A DNA stretch of 10,690 bases, taken from positions 1-10,690 of the forward strand of contig JBBIJQ010000064.1 in NCBI GenBank assembly GCA_037445915.1, in the 5' to 3' direction. Source of the stretch: Planctomycetales bacterium (GTDB lineage: Bacteria > 4484-113). The translations under genes and the position numbers were made by a program. Of the stretch, positions 1 through 7,126 are shown one piece after another; the stretch's first letter is position 1, and each line of letters starts with the position of its first letter. The notes under the pieces were generated by a model. That model had not been told where the DNA came from and ran no database searches. It saw only the letters and a program-made list of their open reading frames with translations.

Positions 1-811
1 GCGAGGCCCTGTAAGGGCGTCACGCCGAGCACGCGCACCGGCGCTTCAACATTCAGCGCGACGACGTTGCTTGCGTCTCCTATGCCGCCCTCTCCGTCCA
101 TCGGCACGACCCGCCAGTATGTGTATGCAGGCTGGTCGCCGAGGTTGTATGCGAACGCCAGGCGCGCGTTGCCTCTGCCTTCATCGGGAAGCTGCACGGT
201 AGTTGTTTGCGTGAACGGGCCTTGCTGCTGGTCGCCGCCCTGAATGGAATACTGCGCAAGCTCGCTGCCGAAATACTGTGCAAGCTGCGTCACATCCTCC
301 ACGCCTATCTTCCCGTTTCCGCTGCCGTCAATGACGGCTTGAATTCAATCGGGCGCGGTTTCGGCATCGTAAGTCTCGTTGTAGTGCATCGCCAGTGGCG
401 TTATGTCGCTGACGCCGACTACGCCGTTTTGGTCGTAATCGCCTAGGTTGCGGTAATGCCACGACAGCGTGAAGTCCCCGTTCGTCTCGCGCGTCGCGGT
501 CAGGTCGTTAACCTTGTTTGCCGCGCCGGATGGGGGATAGACACAATTTTGGTAGATGGTAGCTCGTAGTTCGTAAATAAGGCAGACTTCATAGCGCCTT
601 TGAGGTTATCCCAAGCCTTCTCATCCACGCCTTCAGGCCTCTCCAATGCGTCAAGCTCCGCAAGCGCGTCTTGCAGCGTGTATGTCGCAGGTGTAATGGA
701 AATGGAAGCAGAACGGCGAGCGTGGTGGCCGCAGGAAGGGAAAGCCAATGCGACGCAGGCGAAACCTGCCGCAGCAACAAGGATTCCCCGCAGGCTATGT
801 TGTAGCCTCAT
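1..811 (-). pseudogene. Disrupted secreted lipoprotein with dockerin/EF-hand-like pair within an FnIII-like domain; continues beyond the left edge
   Basis: ATG at 811 has GAAGAGGT upstream and begins MRLQHSLRGILVAAAGFACVALAFPSC (lipoprotein-like signal). This frame stops at 500. Adding one C to the C5 run (G532-536 on +) gives ...KIVSIPPSGAANKVNDLTATRETNGDFTLSWHYRNLGDYDQNGVVGVSDITPLAMHYNETYDAETAPD*IQAVIDGSGNGKIGVEDVTQLAQYFG...YTYWRVVPMDGEGGIGDASNVVALNVEAPVRVLGVTPLQGL, open to position 1 except for one TGA at 347-345. Translated by hand. Confidence 0.8.
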
Positions 812-866
812 AGATGAGACCTCTTCGCCGCCAATGCGCATGTGAATGCACATGGCAAGCTGCTCT

Positions 867-895
867 ATCATAAAGTGCGCATGGCAGTTAGCCAA
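867..895 (-). promoter_or_regulatory. Putative sigma70-type promoter for the lipoprotein gene
   Basis: Minus strand TTGGCT (895-890), 17-nt spacer, TATGAT (872-867), lying between the tldE stop and the ATG at 811. Confidence 0.55.
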
Positions 896-912
896 GCGCT
901 GGGAAGCAGCTG

Positions 913-2286
913 TTAAAACTTGGTTTTGCCGGACAGGTTGAAGTCCTTGACCTTCATCACTGGCACAACCGCCCCTCCGCCAAAGAACGAGGAGCTGAAG
1001 CGCTGGGCGCTCGTCATCCCTTCGTTGTTCGCCATCGCGGCAAGGATGTTTTGCGTGTAGCGGAAGTTTTTCAAGCCCTTGGTAATCTTGCCGTTTTCAA
1101 TGAGGAACGTGCCATCGCGGGTCATTCCCGTAATGACGGTTTCCATCGGGTTCACGACGTTGCTGTAGTGGAAGCGGCTGATGAGGATGCCGTAATCGGT
1201 TGAGGCGATAAGCTCGTCTTTAGTTTTCGTCCCCGGCGCCATGACGAGGTTCACCGGCAGCGGCTCTTCAATGCCAAGGAAATGGCCCGTGGAGTTCACG
1301 CCCTCTTTCTTCGCGGTCTTCCAGGAATGGGCGTAGCCTTGAGCGACACCGTTCTCAATGAGTATCAGCTTCTGCTTCGGCATGCCTTCAACATCAAAAG
1401 GCATGCCCATCGTGCGCGGGTCTCCCGCTTCGTCGTAGATTGTGATGTTGTCGCCGGTTATTTTCTGGCCGAGCTTGCCGACAAGGAAGCTTTCCTGGTC
1501 GTGGTAGGACTTGGCTGAAAAGCCGAGCCATGATAGATACATCATCATCGTGGCGACGGCTTCTTCTTCAAGAATGGCAGTGTATTTGCCGACTTCAACC
1601 TCGTCGCTTGGGTTGCGGCTGGCTTCGGCGGTTTCAAGCGCGCCGGCAGCGCATTTCGCGATATCAAGCTTGCTAAAGTCGCGCTGGAAATCTTCGCGGT
1701 ATCCGCTGCTGTCTTCGCCGGTGTAAAGGACGGTGATCTGCGCAGCCGTCGTGTTGCACATTGCCTTGACGCCGTGGGAGTTCACAACGGCCAATGAAAC
1801 GACGGTATTGGAGAGAGTTCCAGCAGCCTGGTAGCTCGCGCCCGCAGTATCAAAGACATGTTTTAAAGCGGCCGCGCGCTGGGCAGGGGTTACCATTGCC
1901 GTATTCTCGTGGTAATCAACTTTGATAGGGTATTCAAACTTACCTTCGGGAAGCCCCGCCCAGTTATCATCCTCCGCCGCGACATCAGCGAGAGCGCAAG
2001 CATCAGAGACAGCCTGGCGCAAGCCCTCTTTCGTAAGGACATTGCCGGTCGCCTTTGCCACGCGCTTGCCCTTGGCGGCGCGGACAGTTACCGATGCGTT
2101 GCGCTCAAAGTTGTTCTGGTGAATCTCGCTGTTGGCAAAGCGCGTTAGCGCTGAATCAGTGGCATAGATCACGAGTTCGGTTTCATCTGCCCGACTTTGC
2201 TTCAAAGCATCCTGCGCCATTTCCATAACATCAGCCGCGAGTTTCTTCGCGTTTTCAGAGGTCATATAGAAGTCTTTGTATGACAT
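913..2286 (-). CDS. pmbA: TldE/PmbA family protein (non-catalytic partner of the TldD/TldE metalloprotease)
   Basis: 457 aa with LTRFANSEIHQN, PFDVEG, LIENG, STGH and TGMTRDGTFLIENGKI motifs typical of the TldD/PmbA family; lacks HExxGH; 12 nt downstream of tldD with SD AGGAG before ATG 2286. Confidence 0.88.
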   Translation of the reverse strand: MSYKDFYMTSENAKKLAADVMEMAQDALKQSRADETELVIYATDSALTRFANSEIHQNNFERNASVTVRAAKGKRVAKATGNVLTKEGLRQAVSDACALADVAAEDDNWAGLPEGKFEYPIKVDYHENTAMVTPAQRAAALKHVFDTAGASYQAAGTLSNTVVSLAVVNSHGVKAMCNTTAAQITVLYTGEDSSGYREDFQRDFSKLDIAKCAAGALETAEASRNPSDEVEVGKYTAILEEEAVATMMMYLSWLGFSAKSYHDQESFLVGKLGQKITGDNITIYDEAGDPRTMGMPFDVEGMPKQKLILIENGVAQGYAHSWKTAKKEGVNSTGHFLGIEEPLPVNLVMAPGTKTKDELIASTDYGILISRFHYSNVVNPMETVITGMTRDGTFLIENGKITKGLKNFRYTQNILAAMANNEGMTSAQRFSSSFFGGGAVVPVMKVKDFNLSGKTKF

Positions 2287-2298
2287 TAGCTATCTCCT

Positions 2299-3744
2299 TT
2301 ATCCTCGGATACCAACCTGGACATTGCGGAACCGCGAAGGGGCAGTGCCGTGGGCGACGTGGGCGGTCTGGCCAGGCTGGCCTTTGCCGCAGTTCGGCGT
2401 TCCCCAAATGACCCACTCCTCAGGCCCGCAGATGCGGTCAAGGCTGCTCCAGAACACGGGCGTTATTCCAGTGTAGTTGGGGTTGCGCAGCATCCTGCCG
2501 AGCTTGCCGTTTACGATTTCCCATGCGATTTCGCAGCCGAACTGGAAGTTCAGGCGGCGGTCGTCAATGCTCCAGCTCCGGTTAGTGGACATAAAGACGC
2601 CTTCTTTGGTGTCGGCGATCATCTCTTCCAGCGTCCCTGAGCCGGGCTCCAAATTGATATTCGTCATCCTAATTATTGGAACGCGGTTCCATCCGTCGGC
2701 GCGGTTCGTTCCGTTGGAACGCGTATCGCCGCAGATGCGCGCATATTCGCGGTTGGTTAAGTAGTTGAGGAATATCCCGTCTTTGATGATATCCACGCGC
2801 TGCGCCTGAACGCCATCATCGTCGTAGCCAAAGCTGCCCAGGCCGCCGGGGAGAGTCGCATCGGCTGTAACATGCATAAAGTCGCAGCCGTACTTATAGT
2901 TGCCCTTCTTCTCCAGCGTTGCAAAGCTCATTCCAGCGTATGCGGCTTCGCTTCCCATCACGCGGTCAAGCTCAATGGGATGGCCAATGCTTTCATGCAC
3001 TTGCAGCGCGAGCTGCGGGCCGTCCAGGATGAGCGTAGTCGTGATGCTTGGGCACTCGTCGGCGGAGAGGAGCTGCACCGCTTCGGTGGCGATGCGTTCG
3101 GCGTTGCCGGGCAGGTCGTATTTGCGGATGCACTCATAGCCAGCGGTGTGGAACTGCCCACGGAAGGAGTTGGGGTAGCACCGCCGCTGCATCTCGTTGC
3201 CGCCCACTGCGACTGCTTCCAGACCTGCTCCGCACTCAATGATGGTCTGCTCAATGTTGCTGCCTTCCGTGTTGACAAAGAGTTGGTGCTCGCGGAAAGC
3301 GTCAAAGCTGGAAGTCGCGTTGGTGACTCCGCTGACTTTGCTCATCGTTTCATTGGTGGATATAAGCAGTTTGAGCTTGTCCTCAATGCTTATGGCAAAT
3401 GGGTCTTCCTGCACCGGCGTTTTCCAGACGTCCACGTGCGGCGGCTCTTCAACCAGGTTCACATCGTGCTTTTTCAGCGTCGCGGAAGCTTCCGCGATTT
3501 CCACTGCAAGCTTCGTTATGCGGGCGATTTCCTGCGCGCTGGTGTCGCGGGAACTGGCGAATCCCCAGCAGCCTTTGTGCAGCACGCGCACGCCAAAACC
3601 GGCCTCGGACGTTTTCGCCATCTCTTCAAGCAGCCCGTTCTTGACCCCGATACTCTCGGTTTCGGCGTTAATGATGCGGATGTCGCCGTATTGGACGCCA
3701 GACATAGCCGCAGCGTTAAGGAAACTGTCAGTGAGTTCCTTCAT
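2299..3744 (-). CDS. tldD: TldD family metalloprotease
   Basis: GFGVRV..G.WGFASS, metal-binding HESIGH (HExxGH), YDDDG, RMTN and C-terminal CGKGQPGQ. Start moved from 3798 to ATG 3744 (MKELTDSF, 481 aa) because AGGAGGA lies at 3754-3748. Confidence 0.93.
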   Translation of the reverse strand: MKELTDSFLNAAAMSGVQYGDIRIINAETESIGVKNGLLEEMAKTSEAGFGVRVLHKGCWGFASSRDTSAQEIARITKLAVEIAEASATLKKHDVNLVEEPPHVDVWKTPVQEDPFAISIEDKLKLLISTNETMSKVSGVTNATSSFDAFREHQLFVNTEGSNIEQTIIECGAGLEAVAVGGNEMQRRCYPNSFRGQFHTAGYECIRKYDLPGNAERIATEAVQLLSADECPSITTTLILDGPQLALQVHESIGHPIELDRVMGSEAAYAGMSFATLEKKGNYKYGCDFMHVTADATLPGGLGSFGYDDDGVQAQRVDIIKDGIFLNYLTNREYARICGDTRSNGTNRADGWNRVPIIRMTNINLEPGSGTLEEMIADTKEGVFMSTNRSWSIDDRRLNFQFGCEIAWEIVNGKLGRMLRNPNYTGITPVFWSSLDRICGPEEWVIWGTPNCGKGQPGQTAHVAHGTAPSRFRNVQVGIRG

Positions 3745-3766
3745 TGTTCCTCCTGTTGGTGCTCTT

Positions 3767-3840
3767 GGCGCGGCAGTTGTGCCAGCGCCGGGATGCAAAC
3801 GAAATTATAGCTTGAAGCGGCCTTAGAAGGCTAAGGCGGC
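3767..3840 (-). promoter_or_regulatory. tldD upstream region: -10 box flanked by two inverted repeats
   Basis: TATAAT on minus strand at 3809-3804; inverted repeat GCCTTAG-aagg-CTAAGGC (3820-3837) over the expected -35 position; GC-rich hairpin GGCGC-GGCA-gttg-TGCC-a-GCGCC (3767-3789) in the predicted leader. No good -35 hexamer. Confidence 0.45.
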
Positions 3841-3845
3841 ATTTG

Positions 3846-5192
3846 TTAGGTTTCCCAATAAGTCTCCTCAGGCACGCGGCGGAAGCGCGGCTCACGGCTT
3901 TCTTCGCGCGCACGCAGGAGTTCATAGATGTTGCCGCAGTTAGCAACGCGAAGCTCCTGGCGAACAATATCGCAAAACTCCTTTGGCGCGGTCTCAAGTA
4001 GCGCAAGGAGCATCAGGCAGATGCATCGCTCGCCCATCTCGCTGTAAACAGGCCCGAAGCCCAGCCGCGCGTCAGAGATTCGACCAAAGGTTAGCCTCAC
4101 AAGTTCCTCACCCCGGCGTTTAGCCAAGGATGTTTGCAGCCGCTCTAACTCAATCCCAAAAATGCCAAGCACCTCGTTTGGCTGCCCAGACTTCAAGTGC
4201 GCGGCAGCCATAAGCTCGGTGCGCGGCAGTTCTGCTTGCCATTGCAGGGGGGATGAAAGGGCTTTTGCGCTGAACGTGCCTGAGAACCAGCCTTGAGCAA
4301 GCTCAGTGAACAGGTCGTATCCGTCGCCAGCCTTTCCTCCAGCAGCCAATCCATACCATGCGGCAAGGACACAATGCAGAGCGAAGTGAGCCGGTGCAGA
4401 ATAATTCTCCGGCGTGACAGGCGGCAAGTCGCGTGGTGTCAGCCTCACGTCTGATGCAGCCCTGATTAGCGCCAATGCTAGTGCAGCCTCAGGCGCAGTC
4501 CCGCCCGCAAAGGCATCGTTGAATTCGTGAAGCAATGATGTCGCGGCATTCGAGCCCTCGGTTAGCGCTTCAACGAACACGCGAGACACATAGAGTCTGC
4601 GATCTCCGCGCGCGCGATTGCGCGCATCCTCAAATGCTTTTACCGCTTCGCCGTAGCTTCCCGATGACTGGTGGTGGAACATCAGGTAGATGCCCGCCCT
4701 GACAGCGGCATCCCGAAGCGAATCGCGTTCTATTTCCTGCGCATGAAAATCGTTTATTGCGCGGTCTGATAGAGCCTGCTTCACCTTCGCGAACGCCTGC
4801 ACTTCCTCCATCTTTGCTGTGGAGCGCGCTAACCTGTCTTGTAGCAAGTTTAGGTGCTTGTCGTAGTCGCGCATCTCCTTAGTCTGCGAATTGAACAGCC
4901 ATAACACTTTACGCGGCTCAGGCTTGGAGTTGTCAGCAAGGAAAATGCGAAGGTCGGCCTCGTTGCGTTGGCGCTCGGATAGGGCCGCAACCAGCTTATC
5001 TTGGGCTATGCGGAGGTCGTCAGCGCAAGCGCTCTTGGTCTTGAGCAGCTCGGTCACTTTCATCGCTGAAAGGTCGCTGCGGCGCGCAAGCACGGCGTAG
5101 TCTTCCGGGCGCATCCCTTGGGCGTAGAAGTGGCAGACCAGCGCCCTAAGGTAGCCGGCGTTCTGGATGCGCGGCATCAAGGGAAATGGCAT
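3846..5192 (-). CDS. Hypothetical protein, N-terminal coiled-coil followed by helical TPR-like region
   Basis: 448-aa ORF filling the space between tldD and rsmG. Heptad-like stretch (LRIAQDKLVAALSERQRNE, LNLLQDRLARSTAKMEEVQ) then TPR-like segments (GSYGEAVKAFEDARNRARGD, LMAAAHLKSGQPNEVLGIF). No family recognised. Confidence 0.7.
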   Translation of the reverse strand: MPFPLMPRIQNAGYLRALVCHFYAQGMRPEDYAVLARRSDLSAMKVTELLKTKSACADDLRIAQDKLVAALSERQRNEADLRIFLADNSKPEPRKVLWLFNSQTKEMRDYDKHLNLLQDRLARSTAKMEEVQAFAKVKQALSDRAINDFHAQEIERDSLRDAAVRAGIYLMFHHQSSGSYGEAVKAFEDARNRARGDRRLYVSRVFVEALTEGSNAATSLLHEFNDAFAGGTAPEAALALALIRAASDVRLTPRDLPPVTPENYSAPAHFALHCVLAAWYGLAAGGKAGDGYDLFTELAQGWFSGTFSAKALSSPLQWQAELPRTELMAAAHLKSGQPNEVLGIFGIELERLQTSLAKRRGEELVRLTFGRISDARLGFGPVYSEMGERCICLMLLALLETAPKEFCDIVRQELRVANCGNIYELLRAREESREPRFRRVPEETYWET

Positions 5193-5243
5193 AGGCTAAT
5201 TCTATCACCCAACCCCGCATTTCGTGTGATATTATCTCGCGGA
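5193..5243. promoter_or_regulatory. Back-to-back extended -10 promoters, probably leaderless transcripts
   Basis: Minus strand TG-A-TAGAAT (-10 at 5204-5199) 6 nt before ATG 5192; plus strand TGTG-A-TATTAT (-10 at 5230-5235) 8 nt before ATG 5244. Neither gene has an SD. Confidence 0.55.
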
Positions 5244-5888
5244 ATGGGTACAAGCTCCCCGAAAGCTGCTTCCATAAGCCTGAAAGCTGTCATAGAAGGC
5301 TTGGATACTGACGCCAGGACCAAGCTTGCTAAATATGCGGAGCTTATATTCCATTATCGTGATGTAGCACGGCTAACCGCGATTAAGTCCGTGGATGAAG
5401 TCCGGGAAGTCCTCGTTGAGGAATCGCTTGCGCTGAAGCCGTTGCTGAAAGCGGGAAGCGGAGATGTGGCCGACTTTGGCAGTGGCTCAGGTATCCCCGG
5501 TATCCCTTTAGCCATAGCGCTTCCCGGCATTCAGTTTGTTCTCTACGAGCGCTCCGCGCGCAAAGCAGGCTTCCTGCTTATCGCGGTAGGCGCACTCGGC
5601 ATCAAGAATGTGGCCGTCGCCCAGGATGACCCATTGCGCATGGATCCCGCACTTGGATGGCCACGATTGGTCTCCCGCGCTTCTGTCTCTTGCGAACGAC
5701 TTGGCGAAATAGCGGCGAAGATGCTTGTTAACGGCGGAGAGATGTTTGGGTTCTTAAGCGAAGCGATGGCGATGGGTTTTGGCGAAGGTTTACCCATGGG
5801 CTTGCGGCTCATAGAGCTTCGGGGTTACGCTGGCGCATCCCGCAGCGGCTTTGTTTACCGGATAAAGTGGGAGGCTGCCGTCAAATGA
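5244..5888 (+). CDS. rsmG: 16S rRNA m7G527 methyltransferase RsmG (GidB), divergent
   Basis: SAM-binding motif ADFGSGSGIPGIPLAI, ERSARKAGFL, LVSRA; directly upstream of parA as in the usual rsmG-parA arrangement. ATG 5244 (214 aa) preferred because the 5118 start overlaps the divergent gene. Confidence 0.85.
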   Translation: MGTSSPKAASISLKAVIEGLDTDARTKLAKYAELIFHYRDVARLTAIKSVDEVREVLVEESLALKPLLKAGSGDVADFGSGSGIPGIPLAIALPGIQFVLYERSARKAGFLLIAVGALGIKNVAVAQDDPLRMDPALGWPRLVSRASVSCERLGEIAAKMLVNGGEMFGFLSEAMAMGFGEGLPMGLRLIELRGYAGASRSGFVYRIKWEAAVK

Positions 5889-6643
5889 CTTGTATCGCCA
5901 TCGCTAACCAGAAAGGCGGGGTGGGGAAGACCACCACGTGCATTAACCTAGCTGCCGCGCTTGCGGCGGCGGGTAAGCGCGTGCTGCTCATTGACATGGA
6001 CCCGCAGGCGCATGCTTCTAACGGGCTTGGCGTTCCTGAAGCAGAAGGCATCCTTACCATTACCGACCTGCTTATGGAGCAGTGCGACCTTGCCGAAGCG
6101 CTGCGCACAACCAGCCAGGAAGGCTTATACATAATCCCAGCGGGGCAGGGGCTCACGAGCTTTGAAATCAACCCGCCTGCCGGCCGCGAGAGCAGGTTCC
6201 TCCTTAAGCGTGTGATTGCTGGAGTAAGCCGAGGTTGGGATTACATTTTCCTTGATGCTCCGCCCGCGCTGTCGCTGCTAACGGTTAACTGCCTCATAGC
6301 TGCAAACAAGCTGATTATCCCTGTGCAGTCCGAGTATTTCGCGCTGGCAGGGTTAGTGCGAATGGTGCAGCTTATTGAGATGATGCGCAACGAGCACAAC
6401 CCGAAGCTGGAACTACTTGGCGTATTGATGACGATGCATGACAAGCGCACGAGGCTTGCCGAAGACGTTGAGAGCGAGTTGCGCAATAACTTCGCAGGGC
6501 CGGTATTCAAGACGGTCATCCCCCGAAGCGTCCGAGCAGCCGAAGCGCCGTCATACGGTATGCCGGTAGTGCAGTATGCGCCCGGCTCATCCGCCGCGCA
6601 AGCATACGTCGCGCTGGCGCAGGAGATGCTTAGCATGCGTTAG
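5885..6643 (+). CDS. parA: ParA/Soj family chromosome partitioning ATPase
   Basis: Deviant Walker A NQKGGVGKTT, DMDPQ, Walker B region FLDAPP, PVQSEYFAL, TMHDKRT, IPRSVRAAEAPSYG. ATG 5885 overlaps the rsmG stop (ATGA); 252 aa. Confidence 0.95.
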   Translation: MTCIAIANQKGGVGKTTTCINLAAALAAAGKRVLLIDMDPQAHASNGLGVPEAEGILTITDLLMEQCDLAEALRTTSQEGLYIIPAGQGLTSFEINPPAGRESRFLLKRVIAGVSRGWDYIFLDAPPALSLLTVNCLIAANKLIIPVQSEYFALAGLVRMVQLIEMMRNEHNPKLELLGVLMTMHDKRTRLAEDVESELRNNFAGPVFKTVIPRSVRAAEAPSYGMPVVQYAPGSSAAQAYVALAQEMLSMR

Positions 6644-6690
6644 CCCGAGTAGCGCGCATAACAAATACAGATATTCAGTTGTGGAGAATC

Positions 6691-6746
6691 TTGTAGTAAG
6701 GCATTAAAATGTGGTATAATAGAGCTAGCTACCTCAAGGAGAGGTA
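6691..6746 (+). promoter_or_regulatory. Near-consensus sigma70-type promoter and ribosome-binding site for the 6753 gene
   Basis: TTGTAG (6691-6696), 18-nt spacer ending TGTGG, TATAAT (6715-6720; extended -10); SD AAGGAGAGGT (6736-6745) 7 nt before ATG 6753; AT-rich upstream sequence. Confidence 0.75.
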
Positions 6747-6752
6747 ATCAGT

Positions 6753-7109
6753 ATGGGATATTGTTGTGCCATCGGTTCTTCGCCTTTATCGCCGGGCCAG
6801 ACAAAGGATTGGCTGCCACCAGGCGAAGTTAGAACCTGCATCATTAAGTTCACGCGGGCCCCTAATGCGCCAGACCGCTGCTCAACCTTTATAATACACT
6901 GGGAGTGCGTAAATCTAATTGCTGAATGCGCCAGTGGCGAATACGTCAGCTCGGGAAGTCCAATGCCTGTTCTTAAGACAAGGCCGGGTTGCGAGAACTA
7001 TGTTACTTGGCAGCCATCGGCTGCGCCGTGCGTAAGACCACATAGCTTCCAATGGTTGCCGAATCAACCCGACGGCTTTAGCTGGCTGGTTGAAACATGC
7101 CCATGTTGA
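6753..7109 (+). CDS. Hypothetical cysteine-rich small protein (118 aa, 10 Cys)
   Basis: Promoter and strong SD directly upstream; in-frame TAG at 6726 rules out a longer N-terminus; ends 17 nt before the next start. No family recognised. Confidence 0.72.
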   Translation: MGYCCAIGSSPLSPGQTKDWLPPGEVRTCIIKFTRAPNAPDRCSTFIIHWECVNLIAECASGEYVSSGSPMPVLKTRPGCENYVTWQPSAAPCVRPHSFQWLPNQPDGFSWLVETCPC

Positions 7110-7126
7110 TTGGAAGAGGTGCTATA

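Noticed and set aside
345..347. In-frame TGA as selenocysteine or as evidence of a reassigned genetic code
   Set aside because: TGA serves as the stop of rsmG (ATGA overlap with parA) and of the 6753 and 7127 genes, no housekeeping gene here has an internal TGA, the codon is in a linker rather than a redox motif, and the same gene also has a frameshift.
2872..3826. Long plus-strand ORFs (312 aa and 209 aa) and other short ORFs antisense to tldD, tldE, parA and the aro genes
   Set aside because: They lie opposite well-conserved genes, have no recognisable motifs, and are expected shadow ORFs in GC-rich coding DNA.
5118..5243. Longest-ORF starts for rsmG (5118), tldD (3798), parA (5867), the secreted protein (7097) and the lipoprotein (895)
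   Set aside because: These extensions overlap neighbouring genes or promoters; downstream starts have an SD, a coupled stop-start or an adjacent -10 box and give family-typical N-termini.
6644..6752. oriC in the AT-rich gap after parA
   Set aside because: Only one DnaA-box-like 9-mer (TGTGGAGAA, 6680-6688, one mismatch) in about 110 bp; the promoter explains the AT richness.
913..7109. RiPP cluster made of TldD/TldE as leader peptidase and the Cys-rich protein as precursor
   Set aside because: TldD/TldE do process microcin B17, but here they are 3 kb away, on the other strand, separated by housekeeping genes, and there is no YcaO, radical SAM, lanthipeptide enzyme or transporter in the window.
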